Shown here: positions 62,966 through 64,000 of the stretch, one piece after another | Position numbering within the stretch: the first letter of the stretch is position 1 | How the letters are laid out: every line of letters starts with the position of its first letter | Origin: Vicugna vicugna | Taxonomy: Eukaryota | Length of the DNA stretch: 64,000 nt | Assembly: GCA_013265495.1 (NCBI GenBank) | Contig: MU058226.1 | Coordinates: 334,741 to 398,740 of the forward strand | Direction: 5' to 3' | Made by a program: the position numbers and the translations under genes | Notes under the pieces: generated by a model | Database searches by the model: none | What the model was told of the DNA's origin: nothing | The model's input: the letters and a program-made list of their open reading frames with translations, nothing else

Positions 62966-64000
62966 GTGAGAGGTGCCGCTGCCTCCCCGGAGCACTGGTC
63001 CGGCTTCTGTTGGGTGCAGGGGTGTGTTTTGCTTGCATGTCACTGGATATCCTCTCCCCTCCACAAGTGACCTGTCTGCCCGAGGAATTTTTCCACCCTC
63101 CCACTTCTGATGAAATATTCCACTAGAACAATCCCCCACCCTCCACCTGCAAGAATTGTCTAGATGTGAAACATTCCACAGTGTTTCTTAGAAAGGGGTT
63201 TTCTCTTCATCACAGCGGCCCATTCTGTAAATGTCTGTTTATTTTTTGCTGTGTGCATTGAACACTGAGCTGGTTTTGTTGAGGGACAGGACGAGATGGA
63301 CAGGTATATCCATTCTCACGCCCAGGAGTACTGTCTGGCGCCAGGAGGGACAAAAGCCAGGGCAGACTGTCCTTGGATTTGTTCCAGCCCTGCCACTGCT
63401 GGAGTGTGATTATCTTTGAGAAGGGGCCTTGGGGCCCTATAAAGCTCTCTCCTGGAGCAAAGGGGTTTCTGGGATCAAATAGCTATGACCACTGTAATCA
63501 TATTACGGGTCACCCCACACCACCACTTAGGGAGCTGTGTAATATGCTCTGCCATGCCGCCGGCTGAGGCATTTGGGATACACCATTTCTAGTCCTCACA
63601 CAACCACATAAGGTGACATTATTGCCCTTATTTATATGTCTGAGGAAACAGAGGCAAAAAGAGGTTACATGACCCAAGCGGAGTCACAGAGCAGGGAAGT
63701 AACTAAGAGCATTTGGGTCCAGGTCTGAACAGAGCTTGCCTGAAATGGGCTTTTCTTTGTTTTGTTTTGTTTTGCCATTTACATCTCTGTACAGTTTTTC
63801 TATTGCTCTCTTTTAGTCCAGCTATTTTTGAAAATGTCAAAAAATTCCTGTGACAGAAAGTAAAAAAACTATTCTCAAAATAGAGTGCGGGGGAGCTCTC
63901 AGGGTGCGGGAAGGAATACGGCAGAGTGGAAGACATCGCTCTTGCTGCCCTCAAAAAGCACGGGGGCTGACTCAGTGGGGTGAACGGAGGCACAGATGGT

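Overview
Mammalian genomic DNA from the MHC class III region. The tRNA-derived SINE and L1 tails suggest a camelid, which is an inference. Hand splicing at GT-AG junctions gives continuous reading frames in the known class III order: VWA7 (+, 5' end outside the window), SAPCD1 (-), MSH5 (-), CLIC1 (+), DDAH2 (+), MPIG6B (-), LY6G6C (+), LY6G6D (-), LY6G6E (+), LY6G6F (-) and ABHD16A (+, 3' end outside). The most unusual element is a 5'-truncated endogenous retrovirus antisense in an MSH5 intron (about 15180-17305). It appears chimeric: betaretroviral integrase tail, env splice acceptor, JSRV-like basic env leader and LTR, but a gamma-type (HERV-R(b)/PABL_B-like) SU/TM. Other points: the MPIG6B transmembrane-exon acceptor reads CG rather than AG, with an in-frame AG 6 nt downstream; an 18-nt coding duplication in the G6b-B proline-rich tail; an intact LY6G6E with a stop-free in-frame intron; and an L1 insertion whose target-site duplication overlaps an MSH5 splice donor. 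Gene and family names come from recalled protein similarity and synteny, not database searches.
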